Positions 10,564 through 19,907 of a stretch of DNA of 64,000 nucleotides are shown in pieces. The notes beneath the pieces were generated by a model. That model saw only the letters and a program-made list of their open reading frames with translations. It was not told the origin of the DNA and made no database searches. Positions within the stretch are counted from its first letter, which is position 1; every line of letters starts with the position of its first letter. Where the stretch lies: NCBI GenBank assembly GCA_041736275.1, contig JBGSUC010000031.1:17682-81681 (forward strand), written 5' to 3'. Both the position numbers and the translations under genes were made by a program. The DNA is from Prolixibacteraceae bacterium (GTDB lineage: Bacteria > Bacteroidota > Bacteroidia > Bacteroidales > Prolixibacteraceae).

Positions 10564-10806
10564 AAATATTTTGAGTTATTTCCAGAAAAATTAAGGAAAT
10601 GACTCTTTCCAAAAAAGAACATCGTTTATCAAAAATCATAGGGGGCGACATCCGTTGTCCTTGAAGTTTACTTTCCAAAAAGTTGTGTGTCAAATTCTAT
10701 CTTACTTCTTAATTGGTGGATTTGATTTCTTATTCGTTATTTCATGTTCGATATTCAATATTGAAAATTGAATATTGTGTTTCCAAAACTTTCAAATTTA
10801 CACTTT

Positions 10807-12306
10807 ATGGAAAGAGAAATTCATTATATATCCCCCAAAAAATTAACTTATCCGATTATTGAGCAGATTCTGGAACATCGAAAACTGCTTGTTCTGTCGG
10901 AAGAATCGATTGCATTAATACAGAAAAGTAAAGCTTATCTTGATCGCAAAATTAACGAAACTGATGGTCCTTTGTATGGAATAAATACCGGGTTCGGTGC
11001 TTTATGCAATATCGAAGTATCGAAGGATGACCTGAGTAAACTTCAGGAAAATCTGGTTATATCACATGCCTGTAACCTCGGACCTGAAATTCCTTCTGAT
11101 GTTGTCAGATTGATGTTATTACTCAAGGCTCATGCTCTTGCACGCGGAAACTCTGCAGTACAATTAATTACAGTTCAGCGGATTCTTGATCTGTACAACA
11201 ACGATATTTTGTCAATTGTATGCGAACAAGGTTCACTTGGTGCGAGTGGAGATTTGGCTCCTTTGGGTAAACTTTTTCTTCCGTTACTTGGGTTGGGTGA
11301 AGTTTATCATCACGGAATCCTGAAACAGGCTTCTGATGTACTGAAGGAAATGGGCTGGGAGCCCATTTGTTTACAGGCCAAAGAAGGTTTGGCTCTGCTA
11401 AACGGAACTCAGTTTATGAGTGCTCATGCGGTATTTACTTTGCTCAAAGCTTTCCGATTATTGGATTATGCAGATATCATCGGAGCGTTATCACTTGATA
11501 GTTTTGATGGTTTGATTGAGCCGTTTATGAAACAGGTTCAGGAAATAAGACCACATTCAGGACAAATAAAAACAGCCGCCAACTTCAGAAAATTACTCAA
11601 TGGAAGTGAACTAATCAGTCGTAAAAAAGCACATGTTCAGGATCCATACTCGTTTCGCTGTATTCCGCAGGTTCATGGGGCGGTGAGAGATGCTGTAAGC
11701 TATATTGCAGGAGTGGTAGAAGTCGAAATCAATTCAGTAACTGATAATCCAACTGTTTTTCCGGATGATGATTTGATTATTTCGGGTGGTAATTTTCATG
11801 GAGAACCATTGGCCTTGTCGCTTGATTTTTTAGCTATTTCGCTTTCCGAAATCGGAAGTATTTCGGAACGTCGTACTTACCGGTTAATTTCCGGAGATCG
11901 CAATCTTCCGGAGTTCCTGGTTGCTAACCCAGGTTTAAATTCCGGATTTATGATTCCGCAATATGCTGCTGCATCTATTGTTAGTCAGAATAAACAATTG
12001 AGTACGCCGGCGTCAGTCGATTCAATTCCATCGTCGAATGAGCAGGAAGATCATGTAAGTATGGGTGGTAATGCGGCAACAAAAGCACTGAAGGTAGCCC
12101 AAAACATTTATAGTATTCTGGCAATAGAACTTTACAATGCAGCACAGGCGATGGAGTTTAGGCGTCCGGCAAAAACTTCGGGTTTTTTGGAAAAGTTCTG
12201 GGCAGACTATAGAAAGCAGGTTTCATTTGTCGGTGAAGACACCCTGATGTATGTAGGAATTAATAAAACGATAGAATTTCTGGAAAAGGGCAAATATATT
12301 ATTTAA
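10807..12306 (+). CDS. hutH: histidine ammonia-lyase (MIO-dependent HAL/PAL family)
   Basis: MIO-forming triad in GSLGASGDLAPL; the SH pair in LVISHACNLG is the HAL-type selectivity signature. The ATG at 10807 is preferred over the TTG at 10768. No hutU/hutI is adjacent. Confidence 0.85.
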   Translation: MEREIHYISPKKLTYPIIEQILEHRKLLVLSEESIALIQKSKAYLDRKINETDGPLYGINTGFGALCNIEVSKDDLSKLQENLVISHACNLGPEIPSDVVRLMLLLKAHALARGNSAVQLITVQRILDLYNNDILSIVCEQGSLGASGDLAPLGKLFLPLLGLGEVYHHGILKQASDVLKEMGWEPICLQAKEGLALLNGTQFMSAHAVFTLLKAFRLLDYADIIGALSLDSFDGLIEPFMKQVQEIRPHSGQIKTAANFRKLLNGSELISRKKAHVQDPYSFRCIPQVHGAVRDAVSYIAGVVEVEINSVTDNPTVFPDDDLIISGGNFHGEPLALSLDFLAISLSEIGSISERRTYRLISGDRNLPEFLVANPGLNSGFMIPQYAAASIVSQNKQLSTPASVDSIPSSNEQEDHVSMGGNAATKALKVAQNIYSILAIELYNAAQAMEFRRPAKTSGFLEKFWADYRKQVSFVGEDTLMYVGINKTIEFLEKGKYII

Positions 12307-12331
12307 AAAAAGCCGGGTTAACCGGCTTTTC
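12305..12331. terminator. bidirectional terminator between convergent hutH and the periplasmic-protein gene
   Basis: AAAAAAAGCCGG-GTTAA-CCGGCTTTT hairpin with A-run and T-run flanks. Confidence 0.75.
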
Positions 12332-12336
12332 AATTT

Positions 12337-12795
12337 TTAATTCCCTTTTTGTCCCCTTCTGTATTCCCTGATTAAGTGGTATCTGAACTCATTTTCAGTT
12401 CGGTACATCATCAGTACTTTTTTCTTTGGCAATATTTTGAGAAATTGTTTATTGTATTCTTTTAGTAATTGGGCCTCTTTTTCAAAAGAACCAATGTAAT
12501 TGCTTGTCATTTTTTCGATTTCAGATTCCGTGAGATTAGCAAGTTTTTCATCTGGCATGCGTTCAAATTCATGGATTTGTCTTTGAATATCAAATCTTTT
12601 TTTCTCAAATTCGTTGTATACAGGCCAAAATTCCTGAGCTTCAGCTGGTGTTAAATCAAGTTTACTTGTGAAAAAAGAAATTTTTTCGGTTTTTATCTTT
12701 TCAAACATTTCCGGACTTGGTCCTTTTCGTTCCTGAGCAATTAATGTTGCAAAAGAAAAAATGGACAACAAACTTATTATAATTATCTTTTTCAT
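12337..12795 (-). CDS. secreted helical protein, third gene of the ECF sigma module (Spy/CpxP-like by composition only)
   Basis: Signal peptide MKKIIIISLLSIFSFATLIAQ, then a Lys/Glu/Gln-rich helical sequence. The start is set at the internal Met (12795). It lies downstream of the sigma/anti-sigma pair on the same strand. Confidence 0.5.
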   Translation of the reverse strand: MKKIIIISLLSIFSFATLIAQERKGPSPEMFEKIKTEKISFFTSKLDLTPAEAQEFWPVYNEFEKKRFDIQRQIHEFERMPDEKLANLTESEIEKMTSNYIGSFEKEAQLLKEYNKQFLKILPKKKVLMMYRTENEFRYHLIREYRRGQKGN

Positions 12796-12901
12796 GTGAC
12801 TGTATTTTGATTCTATGATTGACATGTATAACTGCCTTACGATGATTTGTGTTTCATACTTTAGTCTAAGTATATTTTATTCAGGCTAGATCCATGATTC
12901 G

Positions 12902-13363
12902 TTAATTTTGAATTGCGGAATAAATTTCAACATCATTCATCCCGGAAGATAAATAGGCAAGAACTTCATCCTGACTGATTTCAGCTGTCGTGTTGGTTTC
13001 ATCACCAAAGAGGGTATTTACCAAAGAGTTTTCATCGATTAATGAGAAGCTCATAGAATAGGCCTCAAAAGTATCGGAAATTGCACTTTCAGTCGGTATT
13101 ATTTGAGCCGTTGGTTTTAATAAGAACGTATTAATTGGGTAGTAAACAAGTAAATAAACCATGGCAAAACTTGCAGCTAATCCTAACGCAGGTTTTAAGA
13201 ACTGCAACATTTTTGCAGAAGTCGTTTTTGTTTTTGCCCTATGCTCTATTCCTCCCATAATTCTGTCCTCGAGTGAATCGAAGTAGGAATCTGGTGTTTT
13301 AAACGGATTAACATTTTTCCGTTTCATGAAATCGGGTTCTATATTTTCTTCTTCGTACATCAT
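12902..13363 (-). CDS. putative membrane-anchored anti-sigma factor
   Basis: 153-aa ORF with one central TM segment (LKPALGLAASFAMVYLLVYYPI), immediately downstream of the ECF sigma gene. The function is assigned from context only. Confidence 0.45.
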   Translation of the reverse strand: MMYEEENIEPDFMKRKNVNPFKTPDSYFDSLEDRIMGGIEHRAKTKTTSAKMLQFLKPALGLAASFAMVYLLVYYPINTFLLKPTAQIIPTESAISDTFEAYSMSFSLIDENSLVNTLFGDETNTTAEISQDEVLAYLSSGMNDVEIYSAIQN

Positions 13364-13479
13364 CTTAAATTCTGTGGGTTTGACATCACTAAATTCAAAT
13401 AGTTTAATTTCAGGACTTATTATTTTAAAAATGACTGTTGTTGTATCATCATATCCTTATGGAATATACAAAGCTCAGG

Positions 13480-14040
13480 TTAAGGATCAATTCTTGTTTC
13501 GTGCGATTTAACAAACTCTTCTACTTTTTTTACTGCATGATGGTATGATGCTTTTAAAGCACCAACTGATGTGTCAAGAATTTTAGACATATCCTCGTAT
13601 TTAATCTCGTCAAAATATTTCATATTAAATACAAGTCGCTGTTTATCGGGTAATTGAGCGATAGCTTTTTGTAAAATTAATTGCCATTCATCGCCATCGA
13701 AATAAGTATCACTTTCCAGATTATTTACCAGGTAATCGTTTTCATCATTAAGGCTCGACATCATCCTTCTTTTTCGCTGATTCAGGAATGTTAATGATTC
13801 ATTGGTGGCAATCCGGTAGAGCCAGGTAAATAATCCCGATTCAGCCCTGAAGGAATCGATACCATTCCAGATTTTTATAAATGTATTCTGAAGAACATCA
13901 TCAGTATCATCATGGTTCAGAAGAATTTTCCGGATATGCCAGTACAACCTTTCCTTGTATTTGGAAATCAGATGCCTGAAAGCAAGTTCCTTTGTTGTAG
14001 GGTCTTTCAGGCTATCTAAAATTTGCTGGTCATTGGTCAT
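13480..14040 (-). CDS. RNA polymerase ECF-type sigma-70 family factor
   Basis: 186-aa ORF. Region 2 (DDTDDVLQNTFIKIWNGIDSFRAESGLFTWLYRIATNESL) and region 4 (LPDKQRLVFNMKYFDEIKYEDMSKILDTSVGALKASYHHAVKKV). Confidence 0.9.
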   Translation of the reverse strand: MTNDQQILDSLKDPTTKELAFRHLISKYKERLYWHIRKILLNHDDTDDVLQNTFIKIWNGIDSFRAESGLFTWLYRIATNESLTFLNQRKRRMMSSLNDENDYLVNNLESDTYFDGDEWQLILQKAIAQLPDKQRLVFNMKYFDEIKYEDMSKILDTSVGALKASYHHAVKKVEEFVKSHETRIDP

Positions 14041-14149
14041 GCTTGAGTCGATTGTTAGTAATCTGACAGTTCTTTCGGTAAAAGGTTTAATTCCTCAGAT
14101 GATCAGGCTGATCTTTGTTGATTTTTTCGTTCTCACTTTTCCTGTTCTT

Positions 14150-14899
14150 TTACTCAATCCTGAAATTCAATCCTTCCATTTTCAGCTTTTCATATACTTT
14201 AATGTCGAACTGATATAATTTGGCGGCACGATGAGCAACGTTTTGCTGTTTTTCTCCGGAATCGATGAGTAATTTCATTTTTGCCAGTTTTTTTCTGAAG
14301 TTTCTGGTATCCATTTTTTTGTTGAGAATTACTTCGTACAAGGATTGTATTTCTGTTAAGGTAAATTTCTCGGGCAAAAGATGAAACCCGATTGGGTGAT
14401 ACATTACCTCCTGTCTCAATTTATTGAGCGCCTGAGCTATAATTTTATCATGATCAAAACAAAGTGCCGGCAATTCGTTTAGGTTAAACCATTGTAGAGA
14501 TTTGGCCAGTTGAGATTTTTTCATGTCATAATATTCCGGATTAATCAATGCATAATAGCCAATGGTGATAACACGGGTGTATGGAACCCGGTCCAATGAC
14601 CCAAAAGCATTTATTTGCTGAAGATAGACGTTGTTTAGTCCAGTTACCTGAAATAGAAGTTTTTTAGCAAAGTTATCCAAATCCTCTTCCTCAGGCACAT
14701 GTCCTCCGAATAAGTTCCAATACATATCGCTTGTTAAAACCGGATGTTTTTCATAGATCAACTTGATTTGATCCGAACTGGCTTGTTCCGGGAGAAGTCT
14801 TTTAAGTACTTCTTTATCAATTTGATTAAGTAATACGCGAAGTCCGGACTTGTCGAACCCGAAAATAACGCAATCAACAGAAACTGAATTTAATATCAT
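14150..14899 (-). CDS. NrtR-like transcriptional regulator (Nudix-fold domain plus C-terminal winged helix)
   Basis: Start at MILNSVSVDCVIFGF (14899). The Nudix-like region GGHVPEEEDLDNFAKKLLFQVTGL lacks the REUXEE catalytic glutamates. The C-terminal part (TLTEIQSLYEVILNKKMDTRNFRKKL) resembles the NrtR/AraR wHTH. Confidence 0.6.
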   Translation of the reverse strand: MILNSVSVDCVIFGFDKSGLRVLLNQIDKEVLKRLLPEQASSDQIKLIYEKHPVLTSDMYWNLFGGHVPEEEDLDNFAKKLLFQVTGLNNVYLQQINAFGSLDRVPYTRVITIGYYALINPEYYDMKKSQLAKSLQWFNLNELPALCFDHDKIIAQALNKLRQEVMYHPIGFHLLPEKFTLTEIQSLYEVILNKKMDTRNFRKKLAKMKLLIDSGEKQQNVAHRAAKLYQFDIKVYEKLKMEGLNFRIE

Positions 14900-15102
14900 A
14901 GTAAATTGGTTTGTATGCAAAAGTAATAAACCGTAAATTAATCTTTCTGTTTGTATTGATAATAATTGGGAAAACCTTGGAATTCCTTTTCCCATTGAAA
15001 AATCAGAAAGTATTGATTGTTAAGTTTTCTGTTTCAAAGGGCTGCAATGTACTCTAAATATTAAGTATGAAATTTAATTGCTTCATAGTTTGCCGAATCG
15101 AT

Positions 15103-15110
15103 TATCTTTG
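15103..15110 (+). promoter_or_regulatory. candidate -7 promoter box (TATCTTTG) for ychF
   Basis: TAnnTTTG match 30 nt upstream of the ATG. Confidence 0.45.
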
Positions 15111-15139
15111 CACCGAAAATTCAAAAAAAATAAGAACGC

Positions 15140-16240
15140 ATGGCTTTACAGTGTGGGATCGTAGGATTACCAAATGTCGGAAAATCGACTCTTTTTAATT
15201 GCTTATCGAATGCAAAAGCACAGTCAGCAAACTTTCCGTTTTGCACCATTGAACCCAATTTGGGAGTGATTACTGTTCCTGATGAACGCTTAAATGTGTT
15301 GGCTGATTTGGTCCATCCACAGCGCGTTGTACCAACAACTGTGGAGATTGTTGATATTGCAGGCTTGGTTCGCGGAGCAAGCAAGGGAGAGGGGCTTGGT
15401 AATAAATTTCTGGGAAATATTCGGGAAACAGATGCAATTATTCATGTGTTGCGTTGTTTCGAAAACGAAAACATTACCCATGTTGATTCAACTATTGATC
15501 CGGTACGTGATAAGGAAACAATCGATATCGAATTGCAACTTAAAGACTTGGAAACTGTTGAAAGTCGGATTGCCAAAGTTGAGAAACAAGCAAAAACAGG
15601 CAATGATCCGGAAGCAAAACGGATGTTGAAACTATTGTTGATGTTTAAAGAGGCATTGAACGAGGGGAAATCTGCAAGAGCGGTTGAGATTGATGAAGCG
15701 GATCAGAAGCTTGCGAAAGATTTTCAGTTACTTACGAACAAACCAATTCTTTATGTTTGTAACGTTGATGAAGCTGCGGTTATTTCAGGCAATAAATTTG
15801 TTGACGCGGTTAAGGAAGCTATCAAAGATGAAAATTCAGAAATGTTGATGATTGCCGCTGCAACTGAAGCTGATATTGCGGAGTTGGAAAGTTACGAAGA
15901 GCGTCAGATGTTTTTGGAAGACCTTGGATTAGATGAGTCAGGTGTAAATAAACTTATTAAAAGTGCTTACCGGCAGTTACAACTTGAAACTTATTTCACT
16001 GTAGGAGTAAAAGAGGTTAGGGCATGGACTTATAAACGTGGGTTTAAAGCACCTCAGGCAGCTGGTGTAATTCATACCGATTTTGAAAAGGGTTTTATTC
16101 GTGCCGAGGTTATTAAATATGCCGATTTTATTTCTCTTGGATCGGAACAGGCATGTAAAGAGGCTGGTAAAATGGGTGTTGAAGGGAAAGAATATGTGGT
16201 TCAGGATGGTGATATTATGCATTTTCGATTTAACGTATAG
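15140..16240 (+). CDS. ychF: redox-regulated ATPase YchF (Obg-family P-loop NTPase)
   Basis: 366-aa ORF with MALQCGIVGLPNVGKSTLFN, EIVDIAGLVRGASKGEGLGN, and a C-terminal TGS-like domain IHTDFEKGFIRAEV. Confidence 0.95.
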   Translation: MALQCGIVGLPNVGKSTLFNCLSNAKAQSANFPFCTIEPNLGVITVPDERLNVLADLVHPQRVVPTTVEIVDIAGLVRGASKGEGLGNKFLGNIRETDAIIHVLRCFENENITHVDSTIDPVRDKETIDIELQLKDLETVESRIAKVEKQAKTGNDPEAKRMLKLLLMFKEALNEGKSARAVEIDEADQKLAKDFQLLTNKPILYVCNVDEAAVISGNKFVDAVKEAIKDENSEMLMIAAATEADIAELESYEERQMFLEDLGLDESGVNKLIKSAYRQLQLETYFTVGVKEVRAWTYKRGFKAPQAAGVIHTDFEKGFIRAEVIKYADFISLGSEQACKEAGKMGVEGKEYVVQDGDIMHFRFNV

Positions 16241-16263
16241 CCAATTTTGATGAAAAATACTCA

Positions 16264-16291
16264 AAGGCAGTCTATTTTGACTGCCTTTTTT
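16264..16291 (+). terminator. intrinsic terminator after ychF
   Basis: Stem AAGGCAGTC/GACTGCCTT (16264-16272 / 16279-16287) followed by a T-run. Confidence 0.85.
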
Positions 16292-16560
16292 CATTAAAAA
16301 CAGATTTGTTAATAAATTTTTGGAATGTATGTTGTTCAGGACAACTCGTCATATTTTTGTTTATTGTTGCTTTATTGTTAGGGGTATTATCTTTATAATC
16401 ATGTTTTTTATTGAAGAATGGTCTTAAAAAAAGGAGTTGTTTTATGATTTTGTATTTTTATTTACGCAGTAATTATGTTTTGTTACGACTCATTTGACAT
16501 TAAAAGTGTTGTAAAAAGAGAAAAATGTCAATAATTCTTTCAAAATATAATCAAAATGAA

Positions 16561-16568
16561 TATTTTTG
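16561..16568 (+). promoter_or_regulatory. candidate -7 promoter box (TATTTTTG) for asnB
   Basis: TAnnTTTG match 47 nt upstream of the ATG. Confidence 0.4.
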
Positions 16569-16614
16569 AGCACTTGTTAGTTTTGTTAGGATTATATTTT
16601 AAACAAATAGTATT

Positions 16615-18288
16615 ATGTGTGGATTTGTAGGAGTATTCGATTTGAAGGAGCAGGCTAAGGATTTGCGTCCTCAGGTTTTAAAGATGTCGAAGAAAATTCG
16701 GCATCGTGGTCCGGACTGGTCTGGCATTTTCTCGTGTGATAATGCAATTCTTGCCCATGAGCGGTTGTCCATTGTTGATCCTGAATCAGGGGGGCAGCCA
16801 TTGTACAGTAAAGATGGTAAATTGGTTTTGGCCGTAAATGGTGAAATATATAATCACATGGAAATCCGAAACCGGATTGGTGATTCATACGAGTTTTTGA
16901 CTCATTCTGATTGTGAAGTAATTTTGGCCTTGTATCGTGAAAAAGGGGTCGACTTTCTGGAAGATCTGAATGGTATTTTTGCATTCGCATTGTATGATTC
17001 AGAAAAAGATGTTTATCTGATTGCCCGTGACCATATTGGAATTATTCCATTGTATCAGGGATGGGATAAATCAGGAAACTATTATGTGGCTTCTGAATTA
17101 AAGTCGCTTGAAGGCCATTGCAATAAAATCGAAGAATTTTTGCCGGGAAAATATTTGTACAGCGCCGATGGTGAAGTAAAAACATGGTACGAGCGCGAAT
17201 GGACATCTTACGATGCAGTTAAGGATAATGGTTTTGATATAGATGTTCTTCGTAAAGCTCTCGAAGATGCAGTCCATCGTCAGTTAATGTCGGATGTCCC
17301 TTATGGTGTTTTACTTTCGGGAGGATTGGATTCTTCTGTTATTTCGGCAATAGCCAAAAAATATGCAGCATACCGTGTTGAATCTAAAAATTCAGAAAAA
17401 GCATACTGGCCTCAGTTGCATTCTTTTGCTGTTGGTTTGATTGGTTCTCCGGATTTAGCTGCGGCTCAAATAGTTGCCGATCATATTGGAACAGTTCATC
17501 ACGAAATCCATTTTACAGTTCAGGAAGGCTTGGATGCCATTCGCGATGTAATTTATCACCTTGAGACGTACGATGTAACAACAGTTCGTGCATCTACCCC
17601 CATGTATTTATTGTCGCGGGTAATTAAGTCAATGGGAGTTAAGATGGTTCTTTCGGGCGAAGGCGCCGACGAAATATTTGGAGGATATCTGTATTTCCAT
17701 AAAGCACCCAATGCTCAGGCATTCCACGAAGAAACTGTTCGTAAGTTGGGTAAATTACATTTATACGATTGCTTACGTGCCAACAAATCACTGGCAGCCT
17801 GGGGTGTCGAAGGCCGTGTTCCATTCCTCGATAAAGAATTTTTGGATGTTGCCATGCGGATTAATCCGGAAGAAAAAATGGCAAAGAATGGAAGAATGGA
17901 GAAATGGGTGATACGTAAAGCGTTTGAAGATTATTTACCTAAAAGTGTTGTTTGGCGTCAAAAAGAACAGTTCTCTGATGGTGTTGGCTATAACTGGATT
18001 GATTCTTTGAAAGCGATGGTTGCTGAAAAAGTAACTGACGAACAAATGAAAACTTCAACCTTCAGATTCCCTATAAATACTCCAATGTCGAAAGAAGAGT
18101 ATTTCTATCGTTCAATTTTTACTGAACATTTTCCGTCTGATTCGGCTGCTAGCTGTGTTCCTTCTGTACCTTCAATTGCGTGCAGTACTCCTATTGCATT
18201 GGAATGGGATGCCAGTTTTAAAAATAATGCAGACCCGTCAGGCCGATCAGTTGGTAGCGTTCATTTAGAAGCATATAATACCAAATAA
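16615..18288 (+). CDS. asnB: asparagine synthase (glutamine-hydrolysing)
   Basis: 557-aa ORF with the N-terminal nucleophile MCGFVG and the PP-loop SGGLDSS. Confidence 0.95.
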   Translation: MCGFVGVFDLKEQAKDLRPQVLKMSKKIRHRGPDWSGIFSCDNAILAHERLSIVDPESGGQPLYSKDGKLVLAVNGEIYNHMEIRNRIGDSYEFLTHSDCEVILALYREKGVDFLEDLNGIFAFALYDSEKDVYLIARDHIGIIPLYQGWDKSGNYYVASELKSLEGHCNKIEEFLPGKYLYSADGEVKTWYEREWTSYDAVKDNGFDIDVLRKALEDAVHRQLMSDVPYGVLLSGGLDSSVISAIAKKYAAYRVESKNSEKAYWPQLHSFAVGLIGSPDLAAAQIVADHIGTVHHEIHFTVQEGLDAIRDVIYHLETYDVTTVRASTPMYLLSRVIKSMGVKMVLSGEGADEIFGGYLYFHKAPNAQAFHEETVRKLGKLHLYDCLRANKSLAAWGVEGRVPFLDKEFLDVAMRINPEEKMAKNGRMEKWVIRKAFEDYLPKSVVWRQKEQFSDGVGYNWIDSLKAMVAEKVTDEQMKTSTFRFPINTPMSKEEYFYRSIFTEHFPSDSAASCVPSVPSIACSTPIALEWDASFKNNADPSGRSVGSVHLEAYNTK

Positions 18289-18340
18289 TATATTATTTAA
18301 AGTTTCAAAATAAATTTTCTCACAATTTGTTAGAAACTAA

Positions 18341-18370
18341 AGAGCCGGGCTTTATCTCCCGGTTTTTTTT
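18341..18370 (+). terminator. intrinsic terminator after asnB
   Basis: Short CCGGG/CCCGG stem followed by T8. Confidence 0.55.
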
Positions 18371-18451
18371 ATTGTAAAAACCGATGTGCTTCAATTAAAT
18401 TCTATTATTTTGTACAAGTATGAAATACGTATCAATTTTAATCAATTTGTC

Positions 18452-19543
18452 ATGAAGAAAATATTGTTGATTGCTCTAATATTTGGAGGTTTAGCTTGTA
18501 CAAAAACTCCATCTTACCAAGTGAATGTTAAGCTTAAAAATGCTGAAGGTAAAGCATATTTAACTCAAAAAATCAGGGGTGGATGGGCGAAACTTGATTC
18601 AGCTGTACTTGTGAATGGAGAATGTATATTTAAAGGTGCAGTGAAAAATCCGGAAGCCTTTTATTTAAGTGTTGGTGCAGAGGGAGAGAAGCTACCGTTT
18701 TTTATTGAAAATAAAGCAATTTTAATTACTGGTTCAGTTGATTCGCTAACTGCGGCAAAAGTGACAGGATCTTCAGTTCATGATGAATATCAGGTTGTTA
18801 AAGACAAGATAGATCAACTGGACAAACAGGGGACTGCACTCTATAATGAGTCCAAAGAATCCGGGAAATTTGGAGATAATAATAAATCAGACAGCTTAAT
18901 GGTATTGTCAGATTATATCTTCAATAGTATTGACGATCTGCAAAAGGAATTTGTTAAAGCGAATCCGGCTTCATACGTTTCTCCATACTTTCTCAGCAAA
19001 GTATACTACGAGATGGAAGGTGACGTTTTAAACGATTATTTATCCGGATTGGATGCTAAACTTGATTCGGTGCCTGCCATAATATCATTAAAGAACCGTG
19101 TTTCTAAGTTGATGTTGGTTGCTGTAGGTCAGACCGCTCCGGATTTTACGTTAAATGATGTTGATGGAAATCCGGTACAACTTAGCGATGTATATTCAAA
19201 AAATGAATATACACTAATCGATTTCTGGGCATCCTGGTGTGGCCCTTGCCGACGTGAAAACCCAAACGTAGTTGATGTTTTTAAACGTTATAATTCAAAA
19301 GGATTTAGCGTATTGGGTGTTTCTCTCGATAAGGACAAGGAGAAATGGGAAAAAGCTATTGCTGACGATCAGCTTACTTGGACTCATGTTTCGGACTTGA
19401 TGGGATGGAAAAATGAAGCTGCTGCATTGTATTCAGTAAATTCGATTCCAGCTAATCTGTTGGTTGATAAAACTGGTAAAATTATAGGTCGCAATCTTCG
19501 CGAAGCAAAACTTCGTGATGCAATTGCAGATTTGTTGAAGTAG
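18452..19543 (+). CDS. TlpA/ResA-like thiol-disulfide oxidoreductase lipoprotein (thioredoxin fold)
   Basis: Lipoprotein signal MKKILLIALIFGGLAC (start moved to 18452); C-terminal thioredoxin domain with DFWASWCGPCRRENP. Confidence 0.85.
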   Translation: MKKILLIALIFGGLACTKTPSYQVNVKLKNAEGKAYLTQKIRGGWAKLDSAVLVNGECIFKGAVKNPEAFYLSVGAEGEKLPFFIENKAILITGSVDSLTAAKVTGSSVHDEYQVVKDKIDQLDKQGTALYNESKESGKFGDNNKSDSLMVLSDYIFNSIDDLQKEFVKANPASYVSPYFLSKVYYEMEGDVLNDYLSGLDAKLDSVPAIISLKNRVSKLMLVAVGQTAPDFTLNDVDGNPVQLSDVYSKNEYTLIDFWASWCGPCRRENPNVVDVFKRYNSKGFSVLGVSLDKDKEKWEKAIADDQLTWTHVSDLMGWKNEAAALYSVNSIPANLLVDKTGKIIGRNLREAKLRDAIADLLK

Positions 19544-19583
19544 TTAAATTATATTCTTTAACTACAAGATTTTTAAAGATATT

Positions 19584-19622
19584 AGTGTCTGGAGCTTTGA
19601 GTAGCTTTAGGCACTTTTTTGT
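19584..19622 (+). terminator. intrinsic terminator after the TlpA-like gene
   Basis: 13-bp stem AGTGTCTGGAGCT/AGCTTTAGGCACT (three G-U pairs) followed by T6. Confidence 0.7.
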
Positions 19623-19907
19623 TAATGGCGTTAAGCCATGGAATAATTAACATTTGCATGTCTGAATTATTATTATCAGTTATTTAATTGATATTAATTG
19701 CTTATACCAACATGTTTATAGCTTATGTTCAGGTAGTCCGAAGTTTACCCAACTTTTAATAATCCGAATTCATTTCTGTTAAAGGTCGATTAAACGTCTG
19801 AGGAAACATCTGCTGTGGACTAAAATTATTTTGGTTTTTCAAGTTTTCTGTTCTGCGTCCTTTGTCTGTTCTTTTTTTATCTTCGTGCTTCATTTTACAA
19901 AAGATTT

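Noticed and set aside
10807-12306. hutH considered as a tyrosine ammonia-lyase feeding aryl-polyene/flexirubin synthesis, because it is an orphan without hutU/hutI
   Set aside because: The selectivity position reads Ser-His (LVISHACNLG), as in histidine ammonia-lyases, not His-Leu (TAL) or Phe-Leu (PAL). No polyketide or flexirubin-type genes are nearby.
16292-16614. Long (323-nt) leader upstream of asnB, examined for an Asn-rich leader peptide or riboswitch. It includes the small ORF MYVVQDNSSYFCLLLLYC at about 16326-16382.
   Set aside because: The small ORF has a single Asn codon and is not followed by an alternative terminator/antiterminator arrangement. I recognised no conserved riboswitch core.
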